Assembly: GCA_964367745.1 (NCBI GenBank)
Contig: CAYIYK010000005.1
Coordinates: forward strand, 1 to 53,691
Reading direction: 5' to 3'
Length of the DNA: 53,691 nt
Source: an uncultured Candidatus Saccharibacteria bacterium
GTDB lineage: Bacteria > Patescibacteriota > Minisyncoccia > Phycocordibacterales > PALSA-1337
The position numbers were made by a program, and so were the translations under genes. The notes under the pieces are model-generated. The model did no database searches and was not told where the DNA came from. It was given only the letters and a program-made list of their open reading frames with translations. Shown piece by piece: positions 35,970 to 43,852 of this stretch (positions are counted from its first letter, which is position 1; each line of letters opens with the position of its first letter).

Positions 35970-37334
35970 GTGAGCAAAAATAAGAATATTATAAATCTAG
36001 TTGTTATTGGTGCTTTAATAATTATTTTTATAATTAGATTTATTTCTGTAAGTCACAATGGTCGCGAAGACTTGATTGAAAAGTATAAAGGTAAAGTAGT
36101 TGATGTTAAAGGGTATATTAGTAGCGAACCTCTGACAAAAGATTTTACAAAAACTTTTATTTTAAAGGTTGAAGAAATCGATGAAGAGAAATCAGATATA
36201 TCAATTAAAGTCAGTACAGAAAGATATATAGAATATAAATATGGTCAGGTATTGAATCTAAAAGGTAAACTTTCTGTACCATTTAACTTTAAAAGTAATG
36301 GCGGTAGAACTTTTAATTATGTAGATTTTCTCTTGAAAGATGGGATATATTTTGAGATGAAAAAACCTACAATCGATATTGTAAGTAATGATGGTGGGAA
36401 TTTTATTTCAAAAAAACTTTTCGAGCTCAAGCAGGGCTTTCTTTCTAATTTGAAAAAAGTTTTAGGAGAACCACATTCCGCTTTGGCTGGAGGTTTGGTC
36501 GTAGGGGAGAAGAGTGCTCTGGGGAAAGAACTAATCGATGATTTTAGAAAATCAGGATTGATACATATTGTAGTTTTGTCTGGATACAATATTACAATCG
36601 TTGCGGATTCGATAAGAAGGATACTATCTTTTTTACCTAGAAATATCGGTATAGTTTTGGGAGGTCTTGGTATTGTAGCTTTTGGAATTCTGGTTGGTGG
36701 AGGTGCAACAGTTATTCGTTCTTGTATTATGGCTGTCATTGCACTCATCGGTTCACTGTTAAGGAAAGATTACAATGTTGGTAAAGCATTGTTTGTTGCT
36801 GGAGTGATAATGTTAATACAAAATCCTTTGATACTCCTGTATGATCCTTCATTCCAATTATCCTTCCTTGCAACATTAGGTCTTATACTTCTATCTCCAC
36901 CAATTGAAAAGCGTATAGGCTTTATAACTGAAAAGTTTGGTATAAGAGGTTTGGTAGCTTCTACTCTGGCGACTCAGATTTTTGTTTCACCATATATTTT
37001 GTATATGATGGGACAATTATCAATAATAGGGATTATTGTAAATATTATTGTATTACCAATTATTCCTATGACAATGTTATTCGTAACTCTAGCTGGTATA
37101 TTTGGCTTCGTATCAATTTTTGTTTCTCAGATATTTGGATGGCTTTCGCATTTCTTATTGAACTATGAATTGTTGGTTGTTACGAATTTTTCTAGTTTGC
37201 CTTTCGCGTCCATAGAATTACCCAAGTTCTCTTTTGTTATTGTCGTGGCTTTTTATTTGAGTTACTTTGTTGCACTTATAAAATTGCCTTCAACTTTATT
37301 CCAATTTAAATTCACAAAAAAATCTTCAACATAA
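35970..37334 (+). CDS. comEC: ComEC/Rec2 competence channel (OB + competence domains only)
   Basis: GTG start. An N-terminal TM helix and OB-like segment are followed by the competence domain (AGGLVVGEKS..., SGLIHIVVLSGYNITIV) and a polytopic C-terminus. Confidence 0.8.
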   Translation: MSKNKNIINLVVIGALIIIFIIRFISVSHNGREDLIEKYKGKVVDVKGYISSEPLTKDFTKTFILKVEEIDEEKSDISIKVSTERYIEYKYGQVLNLKGKLSVPFNFKSNGGRTFNYVDFLLKDGIYFEMKKPTIDIVSNDGGNFISKKLFELKQGFLSNLKKVLGEPHSALAGGLVVGEKSALGKELIDDFRKSGLIHIVVLSGYNITIVADSIRRILSFLPRNIGIVLGGLGIVAFGILVGGGATVIRSCIMAVIALIGSLLRKDYNVGKALFVAGVIMLIQNPLILLYDPSFQLSFLATLGLILLSPPIEKRIGFITEKFGIRGLVASTLATQIFVSPYILYMMGQLSIIGIIVNIIVLPIIPMTMLFVTLAGIFGFVSIFVSQIFGWLSHFLLNYELLVVTNFSSLPFASIELPKFSFVIVVAFYLSYFVALIKLPSTLFQFKFTKKSST

Positions 37335-37819
37335 TTTTTCTTTCCTGAAGGTTGATAATCTGCAACGTAAGAATGCTCCCACATATCAAGAGCTAGTATG
37401 GGAGTACAATCTTGGAGTTGATTCATATGTTGTTCTTCAATCCAATTTGTTATGAGACATTTATCTTTTCTATCATAAAAAAGAATTACCCAACCGATTC
37501 CTCTTGTTAATGCAACAGACTTAAAATTGTTTATCCATGTTTCAAATGATCCAAAATCAGTGATGATTTGTTTCATCAATTCTCCATCATTGTTTATCGC
37601 CGTACTTCCATCTTCAAGACTCGAAAAATATATTTCATGGTTTCTCATTCCATTATATTCAAAACCAAGTCTCCTAATATCTTGTTTTCCTTCCAATGTT
37701 TCATTTAGATTCTTTACATATCCTGCATATAGCTTTAGATGCTCTTCAATTGTTTTCGCTGAAATTCCTTTTAGACTTGGTATATTAAATTTTAATTCAT
37801 TAAATTTTTTCATAATCAT
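37262..37819 (-). CDS. Fe/Mn-family superoxide dismutase
   Basis: HLKLYAGYV, RNHEIYF and LDMWEHSYVADYQ motifs. Its 3' end overlaps the comEC 3' end by 73 nt. Confidence 0.85.
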   Translation of the reverse strand: MIMKKFNELKFNIPSLKGISAKTIEEHLKLYAGYVKNLNETLEGKQDIRRLGFEYNGMRNHEIYFSSLEDGSTAINNDGELMKQIITDFGSFETWINNFKSVALTRGIGWVILFYDRKDKCLITNWIEEQHMNQLQDCTPILALDMWEHSYVADYQPSGKKNYVEDFFVNLNWNKVEGNFISATK

Positions 37820-37827
37820 ATAATATC

Positions 37828-38595
37828 ATGAAAAATAAGAGAAAAATTTTAATACTATCTTCAACTGGTCTTTTGGTATTTTTAATATTTATCTCACTTT
37901 ATATTTATAAATGGGAATTTAGAAAACAAGTATTAGAAATTAATTTCTTTAGTTTAAATCGTGGCAGATCAATATTCCTTAGAACTCCAAATAATAAAAC
38001 AGTACTAGTCGGTGGGGGACAGAATACTGATACTATTCGCGAGCTGACAAAAGTTATGCCATTTTATTCTAGAACTATAAATTATATTTTTATCCCTAGT
38101 GCTACTCCAGCACAGATCGGAGGTTTAATAGAGATAGTAGATAGATACAAAGTTGATGAAATATTTTTAACTAAAAATATGTCGACCAGTACAGTCCTAA
38201 AAAATCTTAAAGATAAAATAAAGAAAAATAATATTCATATAAAAGAAATTGAATTGAATGATCAAATAGAAATTGATGGAATATTTTTTAATGTAATTTT
38301 CCCTAATCCTGATTTTAAATTTAATAAAACTAGCTTACCAGAATTGGCGCTAGATATTTCTTATAACAATACCTCGCTATACCTAATGGGTAATTTATCC
38401 AAGACAATTCAAAAAAGTATTTCAAAAAATATAAAAGCAAATAAAGAAAATATAATCGAGTTTTATCATAGTGGTACCGACACGAAAGTAAACAACGATT
38501 TGATAGAAAAGATAAAACCTAAATACATTTTTAATACAAAAGAAAAAACCACCCGATGGATATCAGATGGTCTTTTCTTCAAAAGGGAAATATAG
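37828..38595 (+). CDS. ComEC C-terminal metallo-beta-lactamase-like module as a separate ORF, metal motifs degenerate
   Basis: A TM anchor is followed by INFFSLNRGRSIFLRTPNNKTVLVGGG (vs canonical DVGQGD...) and IFIPSATPAQIGG (vs SHPHADHIGG). Confidence 0.55.
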   Translation: MKNKRKILILSSTGLLVFLIFISLYIYKWEFRKQVLEINFFSLNRGRSIFLRTPNNKTVLVGGGQNTDTIRELTKVMPFYSRTINYIFIPSATPAQIGGLIEIVDRYKVDEIFLTKNMSTSTVLKNLKDKIKKNNIHIKEIELNDQIEIDGIFFNVIFPNPDFKFNKTSLPELALDISYNNTSLYLMGNLSKTIQKSISKNIKANKENIIEFYHSGTDTKVNNDLIEKIKPKYIFNTKEKTTRWISDGLFFKREI

Positions 38596-38598
38596 ATA

Positions 38599-38841
38599 TT
38601 ATATAATCCCAGCTTTCTTTAGTGTAGCAAAAGCTCCTCTCTTCTGGATTGTCTTAAGCGCACGAGTTGATATTGTTAAATTGAATGATTTCTTTAGTTC
38701 AGGTACATAAACCTTCTTCTTTTGAAGATTTGGATACTTTCGAACTATTCCTGTAGGGTTGAATTGAGTAGCACGAGTAGCGTTTGAATAGCCACCAGCT
38801 CTCATTGAACCCTTTTTTGTTATTTCACAAACTTTTGCCAT
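38599..38841 (-). CDS. rpmB: 50S ribosomal protein L28
   Basis: MAKVCEITKKGSMRAGGYSNATRAT...; 80 aa. Confidence 0.88.
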   Translation of the reverse strand: MAKVCEITKKGSMRAGGYSNATRATQFNPTGIVRKYPNLQKKKVYVPELKKSFNLTISTRALKTIQKRGAFATLKKAGII

Positions 38842-38882
38842 AGTGTTAGTATGCTATCATAATAAAAACATTAAGCAAGTAT

Positions 38883-39494
38883 ATGAACGATTCTATATTC
38901 ATTTTTCAAATAATCATACTAATAATGTCAGTTGTAATACATGAGATTTCTCATGGTTATACTGCAGAGCTTTTGGGTGATCCGACACCGCGTTTGCAAG
39001 GAAGATTGACCTTAAATCCACTAAAGCATCTAGAATTATTCGGTTCTTTTCTTGTTCCAGTTCTGACTTCGTTAACTGGTTTTACTTTTGGTTGGGCGAA
39101 ACCTATTGAATGGAATCCTTATAATATAAAGAATAAAAGGGTAGGTGAAATACTTATATCTATAGCTGGTCCTGCTTCAAATCTACTCATAGCTATTGTT
39201 TTTGGTCTTATTGTTAGAATATTTGGAAACGAATTGCCTGCATCTTTTATTCAAATTTCTGTTTATGTAATCCTTATAAATATAGTTTTGGCAGTCTTCA
39301 ATATGATTCCACTTCCACCACTTGATGGATCAAAAGTACTGTTCTCTCTATTACCACCAAGTATGAACAATGTCAGAGTGACACTTGAGAGATATTCTAT
39401 TTTCTTTTTCCTGATTCTAATATTCGTCCTTTGGAGATTTGTTGAGCCGATAATACCTTATATATTCAAAGTTATTACGGGGGTGACTATATAG
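38883..39494 (+). CDS. Site-2 protease family (M50) zinc metalloprotease
   Basis: HEISHG zinc motif inside TM1, 5-6 TM helices, and NMIPLPPLDGSKV (the LDG motif). Confidence 0.8.
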   Translation: MNDSIFIFQIIILIMSVVIHEISHGYTAELLGDPTPRLQGRLTLNPLKHLELFGSFLVPVLTSLTGFTFGWAKPIEWNPYNIKNKRVGEILISIAGPASNLLIAIVFGLIVRIFGNELPASFIQISVYVILINIVLAVFNMIPLPPLDGSKVLFSLLPPSMNNVRVTLERYSIFFFLILIFVLWRFVEPIIPYIFKVITGVTI

Positions 39495-39650
39495 TTGCCT
39501 TTTCTTACTTTTATGATAGAGTAACCCCACGTCCAAAAATGCAAAGGGGTGAGTAACCGCTAGGTGAAAACAATCAACCCTAAGCAATTCAATAGAATTT
39601 AGAGTTTTTGGAATATTATTAATTAAGGTCATTTGACCAAACATTTACGA

Positions 39651-40070
39651 ATGCCAACAATAAATCAGCTTGTTCGAAAGAATAGAAAGAAGTTTATCAG
39701 AAAGCCAAAGTCAGTAGCTTTGACACGAAGTTTCAATACTATTGAAAACCGCCCAAGTTTCTTACCATCTCCATTCAAGAGAGGAGTATGTATTAAAGTT
39801 ACTACAAAGACTCCAAAGAAGCCTAACTCAGCTATTCGAAAGATTGCACGAGTTCGTCTATCAAACGGTCTTGAAGTTACAGCTTATATTCCTGGAGAAG
39901 GACACAATCTACAAGAACACTCAGTGGTTCTTCTAAGAGGAGGTCGAGTAAAGGACGTAGGTCTAAGATATACAGTTGTTCGAGGTGTACTTGATGCAGC
40001 TGGAGTAGAGAAGAGACGAAAGGGTCGAAGTCAATACGGAAATAAGAGACCAAAGGCAGCTAAGGTTTAA
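39651..40070 (+). CDS. rpsL: 30S ribosomal protein S12
   Basis: [18 protein letters not shown] and [21 protein letters not shown]. The ATG at 39651 is preferred over the TTG at 39633. Confidence 0.95.
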   Translation: MPTINQLVRKNRKKFIRKPKSVALTRSFNTIENRPSFLPSPFKRGVCIKVTTKTPKKPNSAIRKIARVRLSNGLEVTAYIPGEGHNLQEHSVVLLRGGRVKDVGLRYTVVRGVLDAAGVEKRRKGRSQYGNKRPKAAKV

Positions 40071-40105
40071 TATATTATTTCTAAATTAAATAAATATAAA
40101 AATAT

Positions 40106-40576
40106 ATGAGAAGAAGAATAAAGAATAAGCACATATTAAAGCCAGAGCCAGTTTTTGAGTCTGTAAAAGTTTCAAAGCTTATAAACTATGTGATGGACTC
40201 AGGAAAGAAAGCAACAGCAAGAAAAGTTATATACGATTGTTTCGATATAATAAAAGAAAAGACAAAGTCAGAATCTCCAATTGAAGTTTTTGAACTTGCT
40301 CTTAAGAATACTATGCCAGCAATGGAAGTTAGATCAAGACGAGTTGGAGGTGCGAACTACCAGGTTCCACGAGAAGTAAGACCAGATAGACAAAGAACTC
40401 TTTCATTGAAATGGATTGTGCTTGCAGCTAGATCAAAGAAGGGTAAGCCAATGGCAGAGAAGCTTGCAGATGAAATAATCGCTGCATCAAAGAATGAAGG
40501 TGAAGCAGTTAAGAAGCGAGAAAATACACATAAGATGGCAGAAGCAAACAAAGCATTCGCACACTTCGCTTGGTAA
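40106..40576 (+). CDS. rpsG: 30S ribosomal protein S7
   Basis: 156 aa. VRSRRVGGANYQVPREV and the C-terminus HKMAEANKAFAHFAW. Confidence 0.95.
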   Translation: MRRRIKNKHILKPEPVFESVKVSKLINYVMDSGKKATARKVIYDCFDIIKEKTKSESPIEVFELALKNTMPAMEVRSRRVGGANYQVPREVRPDRQRTLSLKWIVLAARSKKGKPMAEKLADEIIAASKNEGEAVKKRENTHKMAEANKAFAHFAW

Positions 40577-40603
40577 TATAAGGATAGATATAAAATACAA
40601 AAT

Positions 40604-40631
40604 AAAACCGCCGAAAGGTGGTTTTATTTTT
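40604..40631 (+). terminator. Rho-independent terminator directly after rpsG
   Basis: AAAACCGCC-GAAA-GGTGGTTTT followed by ATTTTTAT. Confidence 0.65.
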
Positions 40632-40863
40632 ATATACTTCTTATATAATAGTAGTAATGGCAACGTTTTTACTATTTTCTATTATCGTTCATTCTATCCT
40701 AGACTTTACTCTAGGTGTGCAATTATCTGCAGTTTTATTGGGTTTAGTTTTATATTTTAGATATAAAGATATTCTATCTCTTTCGCATGAGAATATGATA
40801 GTAGCTTTCATTTTTATTACTTGCATAATGATATTCTTTTCGATCAACGGTGATAAAAAATAA
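40618..40863 (+). CDS. Possible small 2-3 TM membrane protein
   Basis: 81-aa hydrophobic ORF. Its start overlaps the terminator stem, so the true start may be the internal MATFLLF. No homology recognised. Confidence 0.3.
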   Translation: MVLFLYTSYIIVVMATFLLFSIIVHSILDFTLGVQLSAVLLGLVLYFRYKDILSLSHENMIVAFIFITCIMIFFSINGDKK

Positions 40864-40970
40864 TTTATCCACAGAGTTATGAAATCTTGATAAAATTTTT
40901 ATAAATTTTAGCATTGTATTATGGAAAATATATTTTAAACTTATACTATTATTAAATAACTGATAACTAT

Positions 40971-41501
40971 ATGAATGATCAAGAACCAAAATACTTTACG
41001 AAATTTAAGGAAGAGTTACTAGGTAAGTTTGATGGTGTAGATAATAAGTTTAATCAAATAGATACAAGGTTCGATAATATGGATTCAAGGTTCGATAAGA
41101 TAGATACAAGGTTCGGCAATATGGATTCAAGACTCGATAATATGGATTCAAGACTCGATAATATGGATTCAAGACTTGATAATATGGATTCAAGGTTCGA
41201 TAAGATAGATACAAGGTTCGGCAATATGGATTCAAGGTTCGATAAGATAGATAAAAGATTTGACGCTAGCGAAGAACAAATAGCAAAGGTCTCTGAAAGT
41301 ATTACTATTTTAGAAATAGGTTTTAATGATGTTAATAGAAAACTTGATGCTCATGCGGAACAAATCGCTAAAGTTTCTGTGCAGGTTACCACACTAGGTG
41401 TTGATATTAAAAGGGTTGAGACTAAGATTAATAATAATATATTCAAAACTATTGATACTGAACAAAGAACTGAAAAATTAGAAAAGGTGGTTTTTGCTTA
41501 G
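40971..41501 (+). CDS. Heptad-repeat (x-D-S/T-R-F/L-D/G-N/K) protein, 176 aa
   Basis: ORF with ATG start. Ten consecutive 7-aa repeats (IDTRFDN, MDSRFDK, IDTRFGN, MDSRLDN x3 ...) are followed by a coiled-coil-like tail (AEQIAKVS twice). Confidence 0.7.
   Translation: MNDQEPKYFTKFKEELLGKFDGVDNKFNQIDTRFDNMDSRFDKIDTRFGNMDSRLDNMDSRLDNMDSRLDNMDSRFDKIDTRFGNMDSRFDKIDKRFDASEEQIAKVSESITILEIGFNDVNRKLDAHAEQIAKVSVQVTTLGVDIKRVETKINNNIFKTIDTEQRTEKLEKVVFA
41058..41267 (+). repeat. 10 x 21-bp in-frame tandem repeat
   Basis: Units such as ATGGATTCAAGACTCGATAAT are repeated near-identically. A 63-bp block (MDSRFDK-IDTRFGN-MDS...) recurs. Confidence 0.9.
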
Positions 41502-41593
41502 GTAAATATTTTGCATTTCCGAGACTTTTGAGGTAAGCTAGAGCCTACTTCGTATTATTCAATATTCGAATTTATTATTAATTAATTTTATTT

Positions 41594-43738
41594 ATGCAAC
41601 GCGACTATCCATTAGAAAAAGTACGTAATTTCGGTATTATTGCCCACATTGATGCAGGTAAGACAACTACCTCAGAAAGAATCCTTTACTATACAGGTAT
41701 GATTCATAAGATAGGTGAGGTGCACGATGGTGCAACAGTTACTGACTGGATGGAACAAGAGCGAGAAAGAGGTATTACTATTACCGCTGCCGCTATTACT
41801 TGTTTCTGGAATCCTTCATATATGCCAAAGACTGACACTTCAAAGAAGGTCCGTTTTAACGTTATTGATACTCCAGGACACATCGACTTCACAGTAGAAG
41901 TGAAGCGTTCTCTCAGAGTACTAGACGGTGCTGTTGTGGTTTTTGACGGTGTTGCTGGAGTAGAGCCTCAATCAGAAACGAACTGGAGATATGCCGATGA
42001 AAGTAATGTGCCTCGACTTTGCTTCATAAATAAAATGGATAGAACAGGTGCTTCTTTTGAGAAGTCATATGCTTCTATTCTAGAAAGATTGAATAAAAGA
42101 GCAGTACGATTCCAAATTCCAATTGGTACAGAAGGGGATCATGAAGGAGTTGTGGACCTATTGAAAATGAAAGCCTATTTCTTTGATGGAGAAAAGGGTA
42201 TTAATGTTATTGAAAAAGAAATTCCAGAGAATATGTTGGCTGATGCAAAGAAATATCATGCTGAACTAGTAGAAAAGGCTGTTGAACATAACGATGCTCT
42301 GATGCAACAGTATCTAGATGGAAAAGAAATTCCAGTAGATGTCCTAAAGACTGAAATCAGAAAGCTAGTTATTGAAAATAAAATGTTCCCAGTGTTCACT
42401 GGTTCTGCTCTAAAGAACGTTGGAGTTCAACTAGTTCTAGATGCAGTAGTAGACTATCTACCTGCTCCAACAGATATCAAGGCTGTTAAAGGTATTGATC
42501 CAAATACGGGAGAGGAAATCTTCCGAGGCCCTTCAGATGAAGAACCTTTTGCTGCTCTTGCTTTCAAACTACAAAACGATCCATTCGTAGGACAACTTAC
42601 ATTCTTTAGAGTGTATTCAGGTACTATCGAATCAGGAACATACATTTACAACTCAACAACAGGTAAAAAGGAGAGACTAGGACGTATCGTTCGACTACAA
42701 GCTGATAAACGAGAAGAAGTAAAGAAAGTGTATGCGGGTGAAATCGCAGCCGCTGTAGGTCTAAAGGATGCTTTAACATCTCATACTTTCTGTGATGAAG
42801 AAAAGCCTATAATACTTGAAGCTATTAAGTTCCTTGAACCTGTGGTTTCTCTAAGAGTAGAACCAAAGACTAAAGCTGATCAAGAAAAAATGGGTATGGC
42901 ACTTAAGAAGCTTGCAAACGAAGACCCAACATTCAAGATTACTTCAAATAGTGAAACAGGAGAGACAATCATATCAGGTATGGGTGAGCTACACCTTGAT
43001 ATTATGGTTGATCGTATGAAAAGAGAGTTCAGTGTTGAGACAAATGTCGGTAAGCCTCAAGTGGCATACAGAGAGACAATTCTTGGTACTGCAGAAGCTG
43101 AACACAAATACATCAAGCAATCAGGAGGTAAGGGTCAATATGGTCACGTAAAGATCAATATCAAGCCTATGGAAAAGCTTGTTGAGGGTGAAAAGATTCC
43201 AAAGAATGTTAGTCGATATGATGATTTCGAATTCATAGACTCAATCAAGGGAGGTGTTATTCCAAACGAATTCATCCCAGCGGTTGAGAAGGGAGTACAC
43301 GAAGCTATGGATAGAGGAGTTGTTGCTGGATTTAGAATGGTGAACGTAAGTTGTGAACTAACATTCGGTTCATACCACGACGTTGACTCATCTGAAATTG
43401 CTTACAAGATCGCAGGATCACAAGCATTCCAAGAGGCTGCGAAGAGAGCAAAGCCAGTTATCCTTGAACCTATAATGAAGCTTGAAGTTCTTTTCCCTGA
43501 GAAGTTCATGGGAGATGTTACTGGAAGTATTTCTTCAAAGAGAGGAACAATTGAAGAAATGACAGAAAGAGGACAATCAAAAGTACTACACGCTATGGTT
43601 CCTCTATCAGAAATGTTCGGATATACAACACAACTAAGATCAATGACTTCAGGACAAGGAAGTGCAACTATGGAATTTGATCACTATGATGTGGTGCCAA
43701 AGAACGTAGAAGCTGCTATTGTTGCAGAGAGGAAGTAG
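41594..43738 (+). CDS. fusA: Elongation factor G
   Basis: 714 aa. NFGIIAHIDAGKTT, DTPGHIDF and NKMDR G-motifs, plus domain IV/V signatures. Confidence 0.96.
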   Translation: MQRDYPLEKVRNFGIIAHIDAGKTTTSERILYYTGMIHKIGEVHDGATVTDWMEQERERGITITAAAITCFWNPSYMPKTDTSKKVRFNVIDTPGHIDFTVEVKRSLRVLDGAVVVFDGVAGVEPQSETNWRYADESNVPRLCFINKMDRTGASFEKSYASILERLNKRAVRFQIPIGTEGDHEGVVDLLKMKAYFFDGEKGINVIEKEIPENMLADAKKYHAELVEKAVEHNDALMQQYLDGKEIPVDVLKTEIRKLVIENKMFPVFTGSALKNVGVQLVLDAVVDYLPAPTDIKAVKGIDPNTGEEIFRGPSDEEPFAALAFKLQNDPFVGQLTFFRVYSGTIESGTYIYNSTTGKKERLGRIVRLQADKREEVKKVYAGEIAAAVGLKDALTSHTFCDEEKPIILEAIKFLEPVVSLRVEPKTKADQEKMGMALKKLANEDPTFKITSNSETGETIISGMGELHLDIMVDRMKREFSVETNVGKPQVAYRETILGTAEAEHKYIKQSGGKGQYGHVKINIKPMEKLVEGEKIPKNVSRYDDFEFIDSIKGGVIPNEFIPAVEKGVHEAMDRGVVAGFRMVNVSCELTFGSYHDVDSSEIAYKIAGSQAFQEAAKRAKPVILEPIMKLEVLFPEKFMGDVTGSISSKRGTIEEMTERGQSKVLHAMVPLSEMFGYTTQLRSMTSGQGSATMEFDHYDVVPKNVEAAIVAERK

Positions 43739-43739
43739 T

Positions 43740-43852
43740 TGTTAATAACTATTATTGAATAGATAAAAAGAACTGGTACAATATATACTAGTTCTTTTTG
43801 TTTTATTTATTTATTATTATATTTATTTTTCTATGAAAAAATTATTAAAGGT
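43740..43852 (+). repeat. Dispersed repeat copy A (terminator, promoter region and signal-peptide start)
   Basis: Shares TGTTAATAACTATTA, GAACTGGTACAATATAT, TTTTTGTTT.ATTTATTATTATATTTATTTT and ATGAA.AAATTATTAAA with 51681-51780. Confidence 0.75.
43765..43800 (+). terminator. fusA terminator
   Basis: AAAAAGAACTGGTA-CAATATA-TACTAGTTCTTTTT. Confidence 0.7.

Noticed and set aside
41058-41267. 21-bp direct repeats considered as a CRISPR-like array
   Set aside because: The repeats are contiguous with no spacers, are in frame within a 176-aa ORF, and encode a regular heptad. This is a coding tandem repeat, not CRISPR.
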